Of a DNA stretch of 64,000 nucleotides, positions 40,400-53,549 are shown piece after piece. Origin of the DNA: Octopus sinensis (Eukaryota); assembly GCF_006345805.1 (NCBI RefSeq), contig NC_042997.1, positions 3,534,001 to 3,598,000 of the forward strand, given 5' to 3'. The translations under genes and the position numbers were made by a program. The notes under the pieces are model-generated. The model made no database searches. It had not been told where the DNA came from and saw only the letters and a program-made list of their open reading frames with translations. How positions within the stretch are numbered: position 1 is the stretch's first letter; each line of letters opens with the position of its first letter.

Positions 40400-41985
40400 G
40401 ATCACCAACATATAGAAATGCGAAGACAACAGGCCCAAATAATGGGTAGTAAGAGCCCTGCAGTTTTGGTTGACAATCTAACTAGAGATGGTGTCTCAAT
40501 AGAAATACCGGTTGGTAACTAACCTTAAAACAAATGCCTCAATGTTGATTGTTAAAGATGCTGTAACCAAAGGCAAAAGCATTTCACCTGGCAGGTGTCC
40601 TGTGGTTGAGCAGCGCAAGTCCGGTCGTCATCCAGAAATTGATTGTAAAGAAATCTTGAGGCAGAGAAAAAGGTGGGATGAAGAGGTAAAGCGGGGATGA
40701 ACCCACCAGAAGGGGCATTCGACAACGAATGAAACCAAAATGGAATGAGATAGGACGCTTCGAAACAATTGAGCAACTTTTAACTGGCCAGGCAAAGGCA
40801 ATAAGAGCAAACGTATGGATAAAAAGCATAGAAATATAAGAGATAAACAGGAAAGTAGAAGAGAGAAATGATAATTTACCATCAGACAACGTGCTCAGTG
40901 AGATCAGAAAAATGATAGGCGACAATGAAAAATTAGTTCAAAGTGTAAATGAAAGATGGATTCCCAGCAAATGAAGCAGAACTAACAGGAAGAGCTGTAT
41001 GACATGAATACAGTGATGGCCAAGAAGTCATATTGAGGACACTGTCGATATATGAGAGAAGACCAGGATGATGTACCCCCAAACGTGTGGTACATTGACC
41101 GAAGGAAACACAAGGTTGAAACTGAAAAGATAGATTCCGTTCCTGGGCTATTCCAGTTGGGAAATATACGTATAACTAAATCTACCAAGATTATTCAAGA
41201 TTATATAGAGTTGGATACAAAAGAAAAAAAATTCGTGTGAAACAAATAAACTTAAAAAGATGTTTAGGATAAGCTAATAGATGGAGTAGAGGGGAATTGC
41301 AAAAGGAAGGCTTAAGAATAATGCTGGAAAAAAATTTGATGTGATATTGGAAGAATTCATATTGGAAAAATAATGATGTAATATTATGATGTGATATTGG
41401 AAGAATTGAAACAAAGAGTAATAGCAATCGAAGCAAGACTGGAAATATATGACAATAGAAAGAGACAGTTCAGGCAAACCAGGTTGTTTGAAGCAAATGA
41501 GAAGAAACTGTTTTGGGAACTAGATGGGCAGATACACGTAACAATTATGCAGAGGAACGTAAGGCATTCTGGGTTCAACCTGTACAATATAATAATGAAG
41601 CGAAGTGGCTGCATAAAAACCAAGATAGATTAAGAAATATAGAAGTCGAAGAAGACATAAAGATATCTACAGAAATTATAAAAACAGCAGCTAAGAAAAT
41701 TCCCAAATTCGAGGAGCCCAAGATCGGATGGTGTTCAGGGGTATTGGATGAAGAAGCTGAGAGGGATATAAGAAAGAATAGCATGATAGCTATATGAGTG
41801 TTTTTCGGAAGGTGCAGTACCCAATTATATGGCAAAGGGAAAGGCATTGTTATGCACTAAGTATCCAGTAAGGGGTAATGTTAAATCTAACTTTAGACCA
41901 ATGCATGCTTTCCTCTAATGTAGAAGCTAATTTCAGATGCTTTGGCCGGTGTATTGCACTGCTACTTGGAAAGAAGTGGACTGCT
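40400..41985 (+). mobile_element. 5' half of a decayed RLE retrotransposon
   Basis: RQRKRWDEE, GIRQRMKPKWNEIGRFET, ILEELKQRVIAIEARL, FWVQ, NFRP..LISDAL..HCYLERSGLLP; ends abruptly. Confidence 0.88.
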
Positions 41986-43295
41986 ACCCATTTTATAGCC
42001 GAATTGTACATCATCGAGCAATTTTGAGAGAGGTATTAAGGCTAAACACAAGAGGAGTGGTGATAGATATTCATCCTGGAAAATGCAACGTAAAATTATT
42101 ACATTTCCAGCATTACGAAATTCATAATCACTGTTCAAGTCAAAGTGGTTCTCCATGATGTCATACTTACAAACAAAATGATTCGCAGAGTAGGTGCTAT
42201 TTTATACATTTCCAGACATTTCTTAATCCATCTATGTGCTAGACTATCAAAAGCTATTTTATACCCTAACCAGGCTATCGATAAGTTTTTGTTTCGTTTA
42301 TGATAACCTTCCAAGATCATCTTATTAATTAGTTGCTGATCTTTACAACCATAGAACCCATGTTTACATCCTTTTTGCTCATTAGGGAATAAGCCACTTT
42401 CGCTTAAAAAATACATAGGTATTTTCAGTAAAGACAAATATTAACATTTTATACATTGTTATTAAGCAGGTTATGGGTCTATAATTTTTAAGTTCCTTTG
42501 TTTCTTCATTTGTTGAAAGTGGAAATGTTATACCATTAACTAGCCATGGGTGTATCATATTAGTTTTTTGCAAAACATCGTTATAAATTTCTAGAAAGGC
42601 ATTCAAAGAGAAGTTACGAATTTTATCCTTTCCTGGAGACCTCCATTTGCTTCACTTCTTGAGAGGAGATCTTATATCCTCTACCTCGATACCCTCCCAC
42701 ACTTTTGCTCTTCTAAGGGGTCTAAATCTGTAGATATACTATCAATCGTAGGCGCCTTTTCATTGTGTGCTTTCTTTTCTTCTACCCAGATTTTATTCCA
42801 AAATTCATGCACTTCTTCTTTTGATGTAACAGAATTTTCTGTAACTGGTGTTTTCCCTATCTCCCTGTAAATACTTTTTGTTTTTTATTTTTGAACTTAT
42901 TGTCCTCGAAGAATCTAACTCGCGTTTCATACCTTACTGTGCGGGCAGCTTTAGCACACACCTTTTGATAAGTTGTTTCTATGATGGTTTCGATGTCAAA
43001 TATGATTTACATGTTAAATTTTCTCTTAAATTTTCATATTATATTTTCTCTTAAATTTTCGGATTCCTTTTCGGTTTGACATTTTTGTCAAACTTCAGGT
43101 TTTATTAAGCATTTTATGTCTGACTTAAGTAGCTGAATTTGGTGTTGAATACGCTCTTTCTAATTAGTCTTTTTGTGGGAATGTTGTCGCTTTCTAATGT
43201 TGTCACCACATAGAATCGTTGAGATTTTAACGGATGCATAGAACAGGTGGCTGAGAGCTGTAATATCAACATCATTAGCTGATAGTTTCAGCTCT
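41986..43295 (-). mobile_element. Middle portion of a decayed RLE retrotransposon
   Basis: Minus strand DITALSHLFYAS, NYRPITCLITMYK, EQKGCKHG, AWLGYKIAFDSLAH, IFQ..LSPLLLCLALIPLS. Confidence 0.9.
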
Positions 43296-43309
43296 ACACA
43301 AAGAACTAC

Positions 43310-43720
43310 AGCTAGGAAGATTTTCATGTTGTTAGTGTCTCCTGCAGCCTGCCAAATGAATCACTAGCTCTGTTCATTCTGCCTGTGCATGATCCAGTCC
43401 TGCATTACCTGAGATGCTGCTTCCTGGGTATTTAAATGATTTGAACTGGAATAGCCCTTCATGCCTAATAGTATTGTTTTCTTCTGTTACAGTGGAAGGT
43501 AGTTTTTAACAAATTGGTACAGGCATAGGTATTTCTGATGTTAAGGTTTAAGCTGAAATGTTGTACAAATCTAGTAAAATTATCTACATCTGTCTGCATA
43601 GCTGCTGCACTTCGAGCAACCACCACTCTCTCAGAGACCAGCATCTCTCGTATAAAGTTCTTCGTAGTACAGGTCTTTAATTTGCACTGCGCAGTATTGA
43701 ACAGATCAGAATAATATCAC
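43310..43720 (-). mobile_element. RTE-clade RT fragment
   Basis: Minus strand REML..MQTDVDNF..FSLNLNIRNT..FKYPGS.IS.NA.LD..RMNRASDSFGRL. Confidence 0.7.
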
Positions 43721-43965
43721 TTCTAGATATAAATCTTCCTCCTGCTCATTCGAAAGCAACTTCTAAAATTTCTATGAGATAGAGAAAGAATAGTGGTGGA
43801 TCAAGTATGCAACGTCATTTAAGTCTATTTGTCATCATAATGTAGCTCCTTCGTGCAGGGACGTGACAGAGTTGACGTGTTCCATTTTTGTTTCTCTCAC
43901 AGTCTAACCTTTCAGATATTGATTTCAATTTTTGGCGCAAGACCATCAATTCTAGAGGATGGTGT

Positions 43966-44120
43966 ATGTCGATTACATCGTTCCTGTGCTCAACTGGTAG
44001 TTGTTTTATCGACCCAAAACGACGAAAGTCTATGTCGGCTTTTGGCATTGTTTGAACTTAGAAATTAAAGATGGGCAAAATCAGTTTGCCCGGAGTGTTA
44101 GAATTCTGACAGCTCGTCAT
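43966..44120 (-). mobile_element. SINE family A (older copy)
   Basis: GTCGATTACATCG..CAACTGGTA..TTTATCGACCC, reverse-complement core. Confidence 0.8.
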
Positions 44121-44178
44121 TTTCAGTTTGTCTAGCGTTGTTTTTAAATCTTGGCACAGTAGTTTTGGGGGAGAAGCT

Positions 44179-44345
44179 AAGTCGATTACATCGACACTTG
44201 TGCTCAACTGGTACTTATTTTACTGACTCCAAAACGATAAAAGGCAACGTCGACCTCGGTGGAATTGGAAGTCAGACCATAAAGACAGACGGAATGCCGC
44301 TAAGCATTTCGGCTGATGTGCTAAAAGTTCTATCAGCTCGCTGTC
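44179..44345 (-). mobile_element. SINE family A (tandem second copy)
   Basis: AAGTCGATTACATCGAC..AAAGGCAACGTCGACCTCGG..GCTAAGCATTTCG..CAGCTCGC. Confidence 0.88.
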
Positions 44346-44843
44346 TTTAGCTGTCAAATTTTGAAAGTTATAACGGTTTTCTGATATATTCTTTTTATGA
44401 GTGAATGAAATGTACATTGTTTCATTAATCGCGATCCTGTCCAAAATCATCTGTACATTGCCTGCAGTGACTACGGTGTGAATCTAATTTACGATTTCTT
44501 TGTCTAGCGGTGAATATTTTATAATATTACTGAGAGACACGAACTGGCTTCAAATGAAGGAAAATGTTTCCCAACATATCTAATCATTTGTTCAATTTTT
44601 ATTTTATTTTTGTATGTTTATCACAGACTAAGTTTGTTATAATCTAAAGAATTGTAAGTTCCTCTCATTTCACATATTACTTGGGTATGTAAATATGTTT
44701 ATATGCATGCATGCTTGTCTGTCATAGTGTGTTTGTTTATCTAAATGACTGTAAGCTGGAAATATGTATCATTTAGATTTGAGAGAAATGTCTCAGTTGC
44801 TGTAGCAAAATCAACCAAACATTTGAATTTAGACATATGTATA

Positions 44844-46110
44844 CATGGTCTTGCAAATATACTGAGACGATTTTTACGATGCATAAAATCGGTTATAAAT
44901 TCTAAAATAATATTAATAGACAGGTATGATTTTAATGTAATATTTATTACAACAAAACTATTTATCAAGCAATATGGCTTCCCATTTCGGCAATTACTTC
45001 CTCCACAGATGAAGAAAAATGATTGCAGCTGCCGCAGCGTGTACCTTTTTGATTTTGAGTGTTGCACGCACAATGCAGGTCTTCAGAATATTGACATTCG
45101 ACTGTAGTGAAGCACTGATTCTTGCTTGAAATACGCCCCATAAAATGTAATTGAGAAATTTGAGATCTGGCTATTACTGGGTCAGATATTGGCCTTCACA
45201 AAATGACACCTTCTCACCATGGAAGACCTGTGTTGCTTTTGATCCATGGCATGGTGCCGAATCCTGTGTGCGCACTACATTGTCACACCCAATCTTACGC
45301 TTCATCCAAGGCTACAGGGAATTCTTAAATATTTCCAGTTACATATTTGTGCCGATCTTCAAGTCAGACTCAGTGAGGTGTGTTTCCATGACAGTTCAAT
45401 CACTCGCCACAGCTCCAAATACCATTACAGAGGCAGGATTCTTATTCTTAAACTCAGTAGAGTTGTCAGATGTGTTGTATACAATCACTCGAAAATTTGT
45501 ATGATTCATCTCAGCATCCCCAGTGAACCCATTCCCGTCCACAAATACGTGATTTTTTCCTGCACCATAAACATTTACAGAAGCTTTGGGCTTTTCCCGC
45601 ACTTGATTGCTTTGGCATTGGCTGTTAGGAGGTGACAGCGTCGTCGAACATAGCTAGTCATGCCAAGGATCCTGTTCACAGCTCTGGACGCCATGGAAAG
45701 GGAACATCATGTTTCTTGGCAAGAGTTGTCATAGATGTGGATGGGCTGGCTTCAATCGGGCGTTTGAAGCCAGCAAGAAGTTTTGGATTAAGCTTAGAAT
45801 CACTTCGAGTCATGTATACTTCTCTATCAATCTCATCCTCTTTTATAAATTTTTCATACCCACGATAAACTGTTGCTCTTAGAAGATTCGTCAACTCCAC
45901 AACTTTATTTGCAGTTTACTCAGCGGAACAAAACAACAATGACGGAAAGATTCTTTTGTTCCATGACATTCAGTTGTCGAATCAGTTCGCTATTTACCTG
46001 AAAAAAAGAAAGAAGAGGATTTGATTTTGAAGCAAGGTTTTGTCGAAGAAAGAAATGTTAATCCTAGTAAGTCACCTTAAAATTGTTGTTAATTTATCTG
46101 TAAGACACTG
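44844..46110 (-). mobile_element. Full-length decayed Tc1/mariner transposon, maT (DD37D)-like, ~1.27 kb
   Basis: Degenerate TIRs bounded by TA at 44842-43 and 46111-12; HTH region RSDSK..ASPSTSMTTLAKK; KNPASVMVFGAVASD; QDSAPCH; frameshifted WPSNSPDL-like motif. Confidence 0.85.
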
Positions 46111-46916
46111 TACATTGGACCGCTGCTGTCTCTTAACGTACTATATATTGTGTATAAAATAACAAAATAGCAGCCTGTCTGTTAACTACTTACCATATAA
46201 GCTAATAGCAAAATCAATTATATCCAAATACAATTGTGGAACATGCTTTGAAAATTATTCCATATCTTCTGCATATTAATTAACATGTGAATTTTAATGT
46301 TTCCCTGATACTAATGAAAATTTCTAGTGTAGTTTGACTTTTATATACGTCATATGTGTATAAAACATTAAATGGATATATTCAGGCGTAAATTTGATGT
46401 AAAATTCCGCTATTTTGCAGGGTTAAGACTTGCAGATTTCGCTGTATGTGGATATAAAATAATAGCAATTATTAATAACTACGTAACAGATTTTAACTTA
46501 GACAGTTGCCATAAAAGCATTGTTATATGAATGTTTCTCAGATTAACAACGATGTTATTTTCAAACTCACCCACATAAGTATTAGAATGATCAGCATATT
46601 ATTTAGAAGCATATAGAAAATATAGTATGGCCACTTTCAGATCATCATAATCATCAATAAAGGGCATTGTAAATAAACCCTTTTCGGTAGATGTTTGCAT
46701 ATATAACATGAATTTAAATGGGAATTTTGCACGGCATTTTTGGAAATCAATAAATATAGACAATCTGGGGTGTTATGCAATACACGAAGAAACGCCTAAA
46801 CCAATGGTAAAGATACAAAATGATAAATATTTATCAATGATTTCATACATGCATGTAACTACCACACACAAACAAGAAATGCACAAGCATTAATGCACTC
46901 ACAAACACGCACACAG

Positions 46917-46950
<34 letters not shown>

Positions 46951-47884
46951 ATATGTGTGTGTGTTTGTGTGTAACGTATCACTCAATTGTATGTTATGAG
47001 TATTGTGCAGCCGCCAATGTACAGCAATCCACCTGACGCCAGTACTAATTATACATTTGTTACAGAGACGTTAGCTAATAAGCACGTGTTTCCTATGCAT
47101 GCGCCATATAAACGCCCGCACGAGCTCACATACATACGCCCACATTTTTGTTATGCTTCTTGTATTTTCGTATGGATGTCAACCGGTGTTCGTGCCACCA
47201 AACTCTCATAGTTGTTCCCATATCCATTTGCCAATAACACCTCCGACCAGTGTTGATCTCAACCTTCGTGCCAGTGAAATCTTATCAAAATCTTCGATTG
47301 AAATTAACTTCACTTAGTAGGTGTATATTGAATCTAAAACGAAAATAACTTGAAAAGAATCTAAATTCATATAACAAATTATTCACTAATTACTAACGAT
47401 AGGATTAATGAATTTAACTAATTTAGGAAATTGATACCGTAACATTAGACTTTACGGAGTGTTATATAATTTTAGAATAGTTTTTACGTTGAAAGTTTTA
47501 AGTTGATTAGAAAAGGCAATTTTTTCATGTTTTCATATTCGGAGATTATATCATTGTATTATACAGGTTGTGAAAAGATCCTTCTTCAGTATTTGTACAA
47601 TAAAGCACAGAACGTAATTCGTTTACATAGATACTTTGAACAACTGTTGATCCGAACTTCCTATACGTTTCTGCCTCATTTGCCATTCTATTTCGATTTG
47701 TGTTGCGAGTCATGTATATGCCTGTCTGCCTGTATATAGGTATGTATATATGTACGGGTGTGTGTATTTATATATATGCAGTCGTGTGTATTATCAATGT
47801 ATATGCGTACATATATGTGTGTGTTTGTGTTTGTGTTGACATGTATACATATCTATAGATATATTTATATATTTCTGTACTTAT

Positions 47885-47958
47885 GTGAAGGCGTGTGGTT
47901 AGGTTAGGACATGGGATTGATGATCGGAAGAATGTGGTTTCGATTCCTAGACGAGCTT
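47885..47958 (+). mobile_element. Isolated tRNA-like SINE head
   Basis: GGCGTGTGGTTAGG..GTGGTTTCGATTCC resembles the heads of the 52008 and 62032 SINEs. Confidence 0.55.
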
Positions 47959-47993
47959 GCAATATATATACATATGTAATTACTTATTATTAC

Positions 47994-48062
<69 letters not shown>

Positions 48063-48068
<6 letters not shown>

Positions 48069-48774
48069 CTTAGTATTACTTAAACCTTCCTTGAATGGGG
48101 CTTTTACATGCCGAACTCTACATGGTGAAATTAATGATTATTTCTAAATTAATTAATTTCACCCTTTATTATTGATAATTATATTTCAACCCTGTAAAAA
48201 AACTGTAGCATCTTATTTACCAGCACGCTGGCGGAAGGGGGATGGTGACATACTTTCATTCACCCTTTGAATTTGGTGGTACTGGTAATGGCTTACGCTC
48301 GCTCTGATACCATGAGTTGAGGTGATGTCTTCTAGTGCCTTCAAATTTAATACACAATTATTAATGATTGAGACGCAATTATTTATAATTGAAGAGTCCT
48401 ACGCTGAAGAGGAAAATAGTTAGGTAAGACATAATTATTTAAATGTTATGCTCTGCTATGACTTAATTCCGAAACGTATGTCCGTAAGTGACTTAATATA
48501 GAATGATTGTCGTCATTTCATTCTCTTTGGCCTGCGTCGTTTGCTTTTTAAGTGCTGTGGTTTTACCGGGATCTCCCTTTTAAGTAGAAAGAATAGCCAA
48601 AACTTTTGACTGCTATTTATAAATTCGGTGTGTGGTGAGGCAAATCGTTGCTAAACCCTTAATTACTTAGTATTACTTAAGCCTTCCTTCTATGGGGCTT
48701 TTACATGCCGAACTCTACTTGGTGAAATTAATGATTATTTCTAAATTAATTAATTTCACCCTTTATTATTGATA
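48063..48774 (+). mobile_element. Retrozyme/Penelope-like non-autonomous element: 597-bp unit plus 115-bp direct repeat, inserted in (TA)n
   Basis: 48063-48177 and 48660-48774 are direct repeats (4 mismatches in 115); (TA)n at both ends; internal hammerhead; no ORF. Confidence 0.82.
48401..48481 (+). ncRNA. Minimal type I hammerhead ribozyme motif (loop-less ACGU stem III)
   Basis: ACG-CUGAAGA-GGAA..52 nt..UUCC-GAAA-CG-UA-UGU; GUA triplet; stem I only 3 bp. Confidence 0.72.
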
Positions 48775-48796
48775 TATATATATATATATATACACA

Positions 48797-48860
<64 letters not shown>

Positions 48861-49371
48861 CATATATATATATATATATATATAAGAAACTATTACAGAA
48901 TGTGAGCGGCCACTGTGTTTGGCAGAGGAGTATTCATCACTGGGAATGGCAAAAATGATGCCCCAATAACGTGATCTGGGAGTTTCCGAGCTGGATAAAT
49001 GAGTTGCAGTATATATTGACTGCCAAGCGCACAGAAAATCCAACTGTAGGTGACGTTCTCCTGATGATTAAAATTGCAGTATTCTCTGTTCTCGTGCAAC
49101 ACATCAGTTTAAGTAGCGCTAAACCTTATGTCTCAGGAAAGATAGAGCTTTCGTTTGTAACAGAGATTTCTTCACGTGTTATGTATATATAAAAAGGGCA
49201 GTCTACCTGCTAGCGGAGATTACCTGCTAGAAATAGAAGTTAGAGCCCCAGGTAAACCACCAATACCACTGAAATATTGAATGCTTGTTCTTTAATGCCT
49301 GCAACTTACTATATTTTTGTCATTGTTATAATCAATTATTATATATTTACTACAAATGATAATATAAATAC

Positions 49372-49372
<1 letters not shown>

Positions 49373-49455
<83 letters not shown>

Positions 49456-49465
49456 TAATAATAAT
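49373..49465. repeat. (AAT)n microsatellite
   Basis: Direct inspection. Confidence 0.98.
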
Positions 49466-49549
49466 ATTAATATCTATATAAATTTTCACATTTATATATT
49501 TACTCATTATTAATATATTTAAATAGAAACTGTTCTGATTTCAATTCAG

Positions 49550-49626
49550 AACGCCGGCAGACGAATTTGAAAAATCATTGTACAAGAGTATCCAAATCCC
49601 AGCGCATTGAGCAGTTAGCTGTCATG
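49550..49626 (+). CDS. Candidate internal exon (77 nt), product unknown
   Basis: Acceptor TTTCAATTCAG, donor G|GTATGT, only one open frame: RRQTNLKNHCTRVSKSQRIEQLAVM. Confidence 0.3.
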
Positions 49627-49931
49627 GTATGTCAAAATTCTTTACCCGTTGGCCCGAATTCTGTTGATTTCTGCTGTATTTTTCATTGTTATCGTTGGTT
49701 TGCATGCGATTTTAACTCCTATTTGTAGCAGGTAGGTGAGTCGTGTGGCCTCTTTGATTAAGATACATTTTAAAGCTATCACTATCTAACGCTATTTAAT
49801 GCCTGCAACCACCTATATTATAGATGTTATTATTATTATCACCAATTATTTACATTTACCGCTGATAATAATAACATTAAAAATTATATCTACATAAATA
49901 TTCACATTTGAATATTTACTCCTTATGTCTG

Positions 49932-49976
<45 letters not shown>

Positions 49977-52007
49977 GATATATATATATATCATGTGGTT
50001 AGATATGAACAATTAGAATAACACACGACCACCTAAGAGATTAAAAATAATATAATAAAAACATAAAACACATTTCTTGTGAAATGTAGCTACCCAAGCT
50101 TTCCTGGCCTAAAGAGTAATATGTTTTGCAATTTTCAAACAAAGAACAAGGCACTTTGTCAATCACTTCTTGAGCAGATGCGGTTTGATACGTCCCCGAT
50201 ATTTATAATAAAGAAGAACGTAAAATGAAAAAGATAAGTGTGATGACCAACGTTAAAATAACCAAATCTCAAAAATGTGTAAACAAGATATTAAAGGCTT
50301 ACGATCTGTCTGGTGACCTATATTTAATTTTCCGTGTGATACATTTCTTAAAGAGAACATATTCCAGAAATTTACGCATGTATAGGAGGCTTTACAGATT
50401 TTAAAGGGGTTTAGATTTGTATCTCCGTTTTAAACATGTGATACGATTAACCATTCCAAGTATTAAAATTTTGTAGGAAAATACACTGAAAGGTGAATTA
50501 TATTTTTGTTTAAATATGTTAAGAAGCGCCTGCTAATGTCATCACTTGAAGATCACTTCCTTATGTTTCTTTTGGTATCACTGGAAATATCGAACGGAAA
50601 TGTCTTGCTAAGACCATTACGTGTCAGTCATAAGTATTCCCTCACAGACATAGCTGAGAGTCGTATACAAAAACTGATATCAAATTATTAGGCCTATACA
50701 CTCATCCTAGCTTCTCATTGAATAATCTTCGAATATACATAATGCACGTTTTTCCTGTATTAGAGACACAGATTATGAGGATATCAATACATAAAACGTA
50801 AGATCGAATTGTACGTTAAATTTACTCTAAGCTGTTTTTCCACCAGTCTATGAAATGGCATAAATAATTGTATTTGCAACAGCCTCTGAAATCTTACCAT
50901 TTTAATTATGTATGTAAACATATATATATATATATGCGTGTGTGCGTGTGTGCGTCTGTGTACGTGTGTGCGTGTGTGTGCGTCTGCGTACGTTATGTCT
51001 CTGTGTGTATGTGTGTATTTATGCGTGTGTGTGTAGGTTTGTGTACACGGATATTTTTCATTCTTTCCCTTTACTTAATTTCCATACATAAAAGCATTTA
51101 TCATCTCATGTTTACAGCAGAACACATACACGTATTATAGAAGTGTTCCTAGGTATTCACATATGTTAATGTGAGATTGTCATGATTTAGTCTTTAAAAT
51201 TTGCCTATTCTTCTAACCAGTTGCCAGATATAAATTGTCTGTGAATTGACAAGGAATCCAACCCCTAGAGGTCAAGGCATTTTCATCTACTTCTTAATAC
51301 ACTCAATCATTAGATATATTTAAATGCAGCGCTTATCATTAGAACTGGAGCATCTCAGATAGTGCGCAAATTCATACCACCATTCAAGGAGTGAGAACGT
51401 GAATTTATTCAACTGAAAAAAAAAAATCTTTTAATAGTCTGAAAAACTTAAAAGCATATAAACCACCGAAGATTCTTTTATTCACTTCACCAAAGAAGGT
51501 TATTTATTACTTATGCAGACCTCAATACAAAACAAAATTCTTTCATTTCTTTTACACGTATATATTCATACATCATTTTTATGGCCAGTCATACCGAGTT
51601 GTAAATGATTCCCTAAATCATTGCAAACATAAGATGAATTTCAACATTCATCTTTGATATATTGTATAGTGCATGAATACATTCGCCCATGTTTAATCCA
51701 CTGCCGACATAACTCCACCCACAAAGTATATATTTTCTTTGGAACACTAAATTCATTGAAGTAGTATATATGGATAAAAATGTACGTAATAGTCATATAT
51801 CTTATAAAGCAAAGAACATAAAGATTTAAAGAATATGAATGAAGGGCTCAACTCTATATCAAAGACCATGTTTTCTCAGTTATATATCTTTCAGCTTAAA
51901 TCAAATTTAGCATAAACTGAACAGCATATAAGAAAGTTGAAAGCGTTTCCAATACATTCAAAGACTTTACTGCTGAAACAAAACTACGAAGGAAACTATG
52001 AAATTAT

Positions 52008-52334
52008 TTAAAGACTCCGCCGGTTACGACGACGAGGGTCCCAGCTGATACGATCAACGGAACAGCTTGCTCGTGAAATTAACGTGCAAATGGCTGAGCA
52101 TTCCACAGACACGTGTACCCTTATCGTAGTTCTCAGGGAAAATCAGCGTGACACAGAGAGTGACAAGGCTGACCCTTTGAAATACAAGTACAACTCATTT
52201 TTGCCAGCTGAGTGGACTGGAGCAACGTGAAATAAAGTGTCTTGCTCAGGGACACAACGCGTCGCCGGGAATCGAACTCACAACCTTACGATCATGAGCC
52301 GAATGCCCTATCCACTAAGCCACGCGCCCTCACA
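52008..52334 (-). mobile_element. tRNA-derived SINE (family C1) with 11-bp TSD
   Basis: Head TGGCTTAGTGG / GAGTTCGATTCCC; TATGAAATTAT duplicated at 51997-52007 and 52335-52345. Confidence 0.93.
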
Positions 52335-52679
52335 TATGAAATTATAATAAACCAGATACTGCTTCTTCAACACTTGTATATTTGTTTGCAATAATTATGA
52401 AGTCGTTTACATGTCATAGTATTTTGTTGATACGACAAAGTTTCAAACTATTTGAATAATGAAAAGAAAAATACTATGGCTTAATATACTGAAATATAAT
52501 TAATTCAATTATCTTTCACTGTCACGTCAATCAAGGAATAATTATATAATAGATTTTCGTCTGTGACACTGTGACATATTGTCCTGAACACCGAGTTTTC
52601 CACGCTTACGTCAATTTAGGTACTTAGATATCGGTTTCGTTGCTTTTGAAGTCAATAATGCATTAATTATTAACTCCTG

Positions 52680-52689
52680 TATATATATA

Positions 52690-52752
<63 letters not shown>

Positions 52753-52797
52753 CATATATATGTATATGAATACATGCAGACACACACATACACACAA

Positions 52798-52875
<78 letters not shown>
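52680..52875. repeat. Compound TA/CA/TG microsatellite
   Basis: Direct inspection. Confidence 0.96.
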
Positions 52876-52878
<3 letters not shown>

Positions 52879-53549
52879 ACAGTGAGAGACGGAGAGAGAG
52901 AAAGCGAGAGAGTTAGTGATGCAGGTAAACATGCCTAAGTATATAAACACATATATTTATATATCTTCTTCAATAATTTGACTTTTAAATGGAATACAAC
53001 ATAGGCAAAAGACTAAGAAAGCAATGCCTAGTTTTTAACTGGATAGCTGTTCATGAGAGCTCGGAATTTCATAATAATTTTAAAGCTAATAATTAGCAAG
53101 TAAAAAGGTCAAAAATACATGGATATGCAACCTCTAGAATGGTGCATTAAGACATTACCATAATACCGACGTGAGAGAAATGTCTTCTGTTTCTTCAATT
53201 GCAAACTTCATGTTATCTCTCCTAGGGTGTTTTTTAAGAGCGATATTGGTTATTTATGCCCTTTTAAAGTACACATGTCATTATTATACTCTATTAGGTT
53301 ATTATAAGATTGATGTTGTAGTGACGAAGAAAGAGGAAATATATTCTCACTGGTTTTGACCGTCTTCAAGTAAAATTACTCCTTTTACTTCGTTACTCAT
53401 TATATTGCCCGTATTGCAGGCAACAAGTCTTACAAGTAAAAAATATAAGGATAATGAAATATTCATAAAAAAATGTTCCCTATGAGTACCTACATTCGTT
53501 ATCCTCCTATTTTTAAAAGACTGTGTCCTGAAGGAAATCGCCCAACTAA

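Noticed and set aside
48971-49192. Resemblance of NPTVGDVLL to a BEL/Pao integrase C-terminal motif
   Set aside because: Too short and no other LTR-element features nearby
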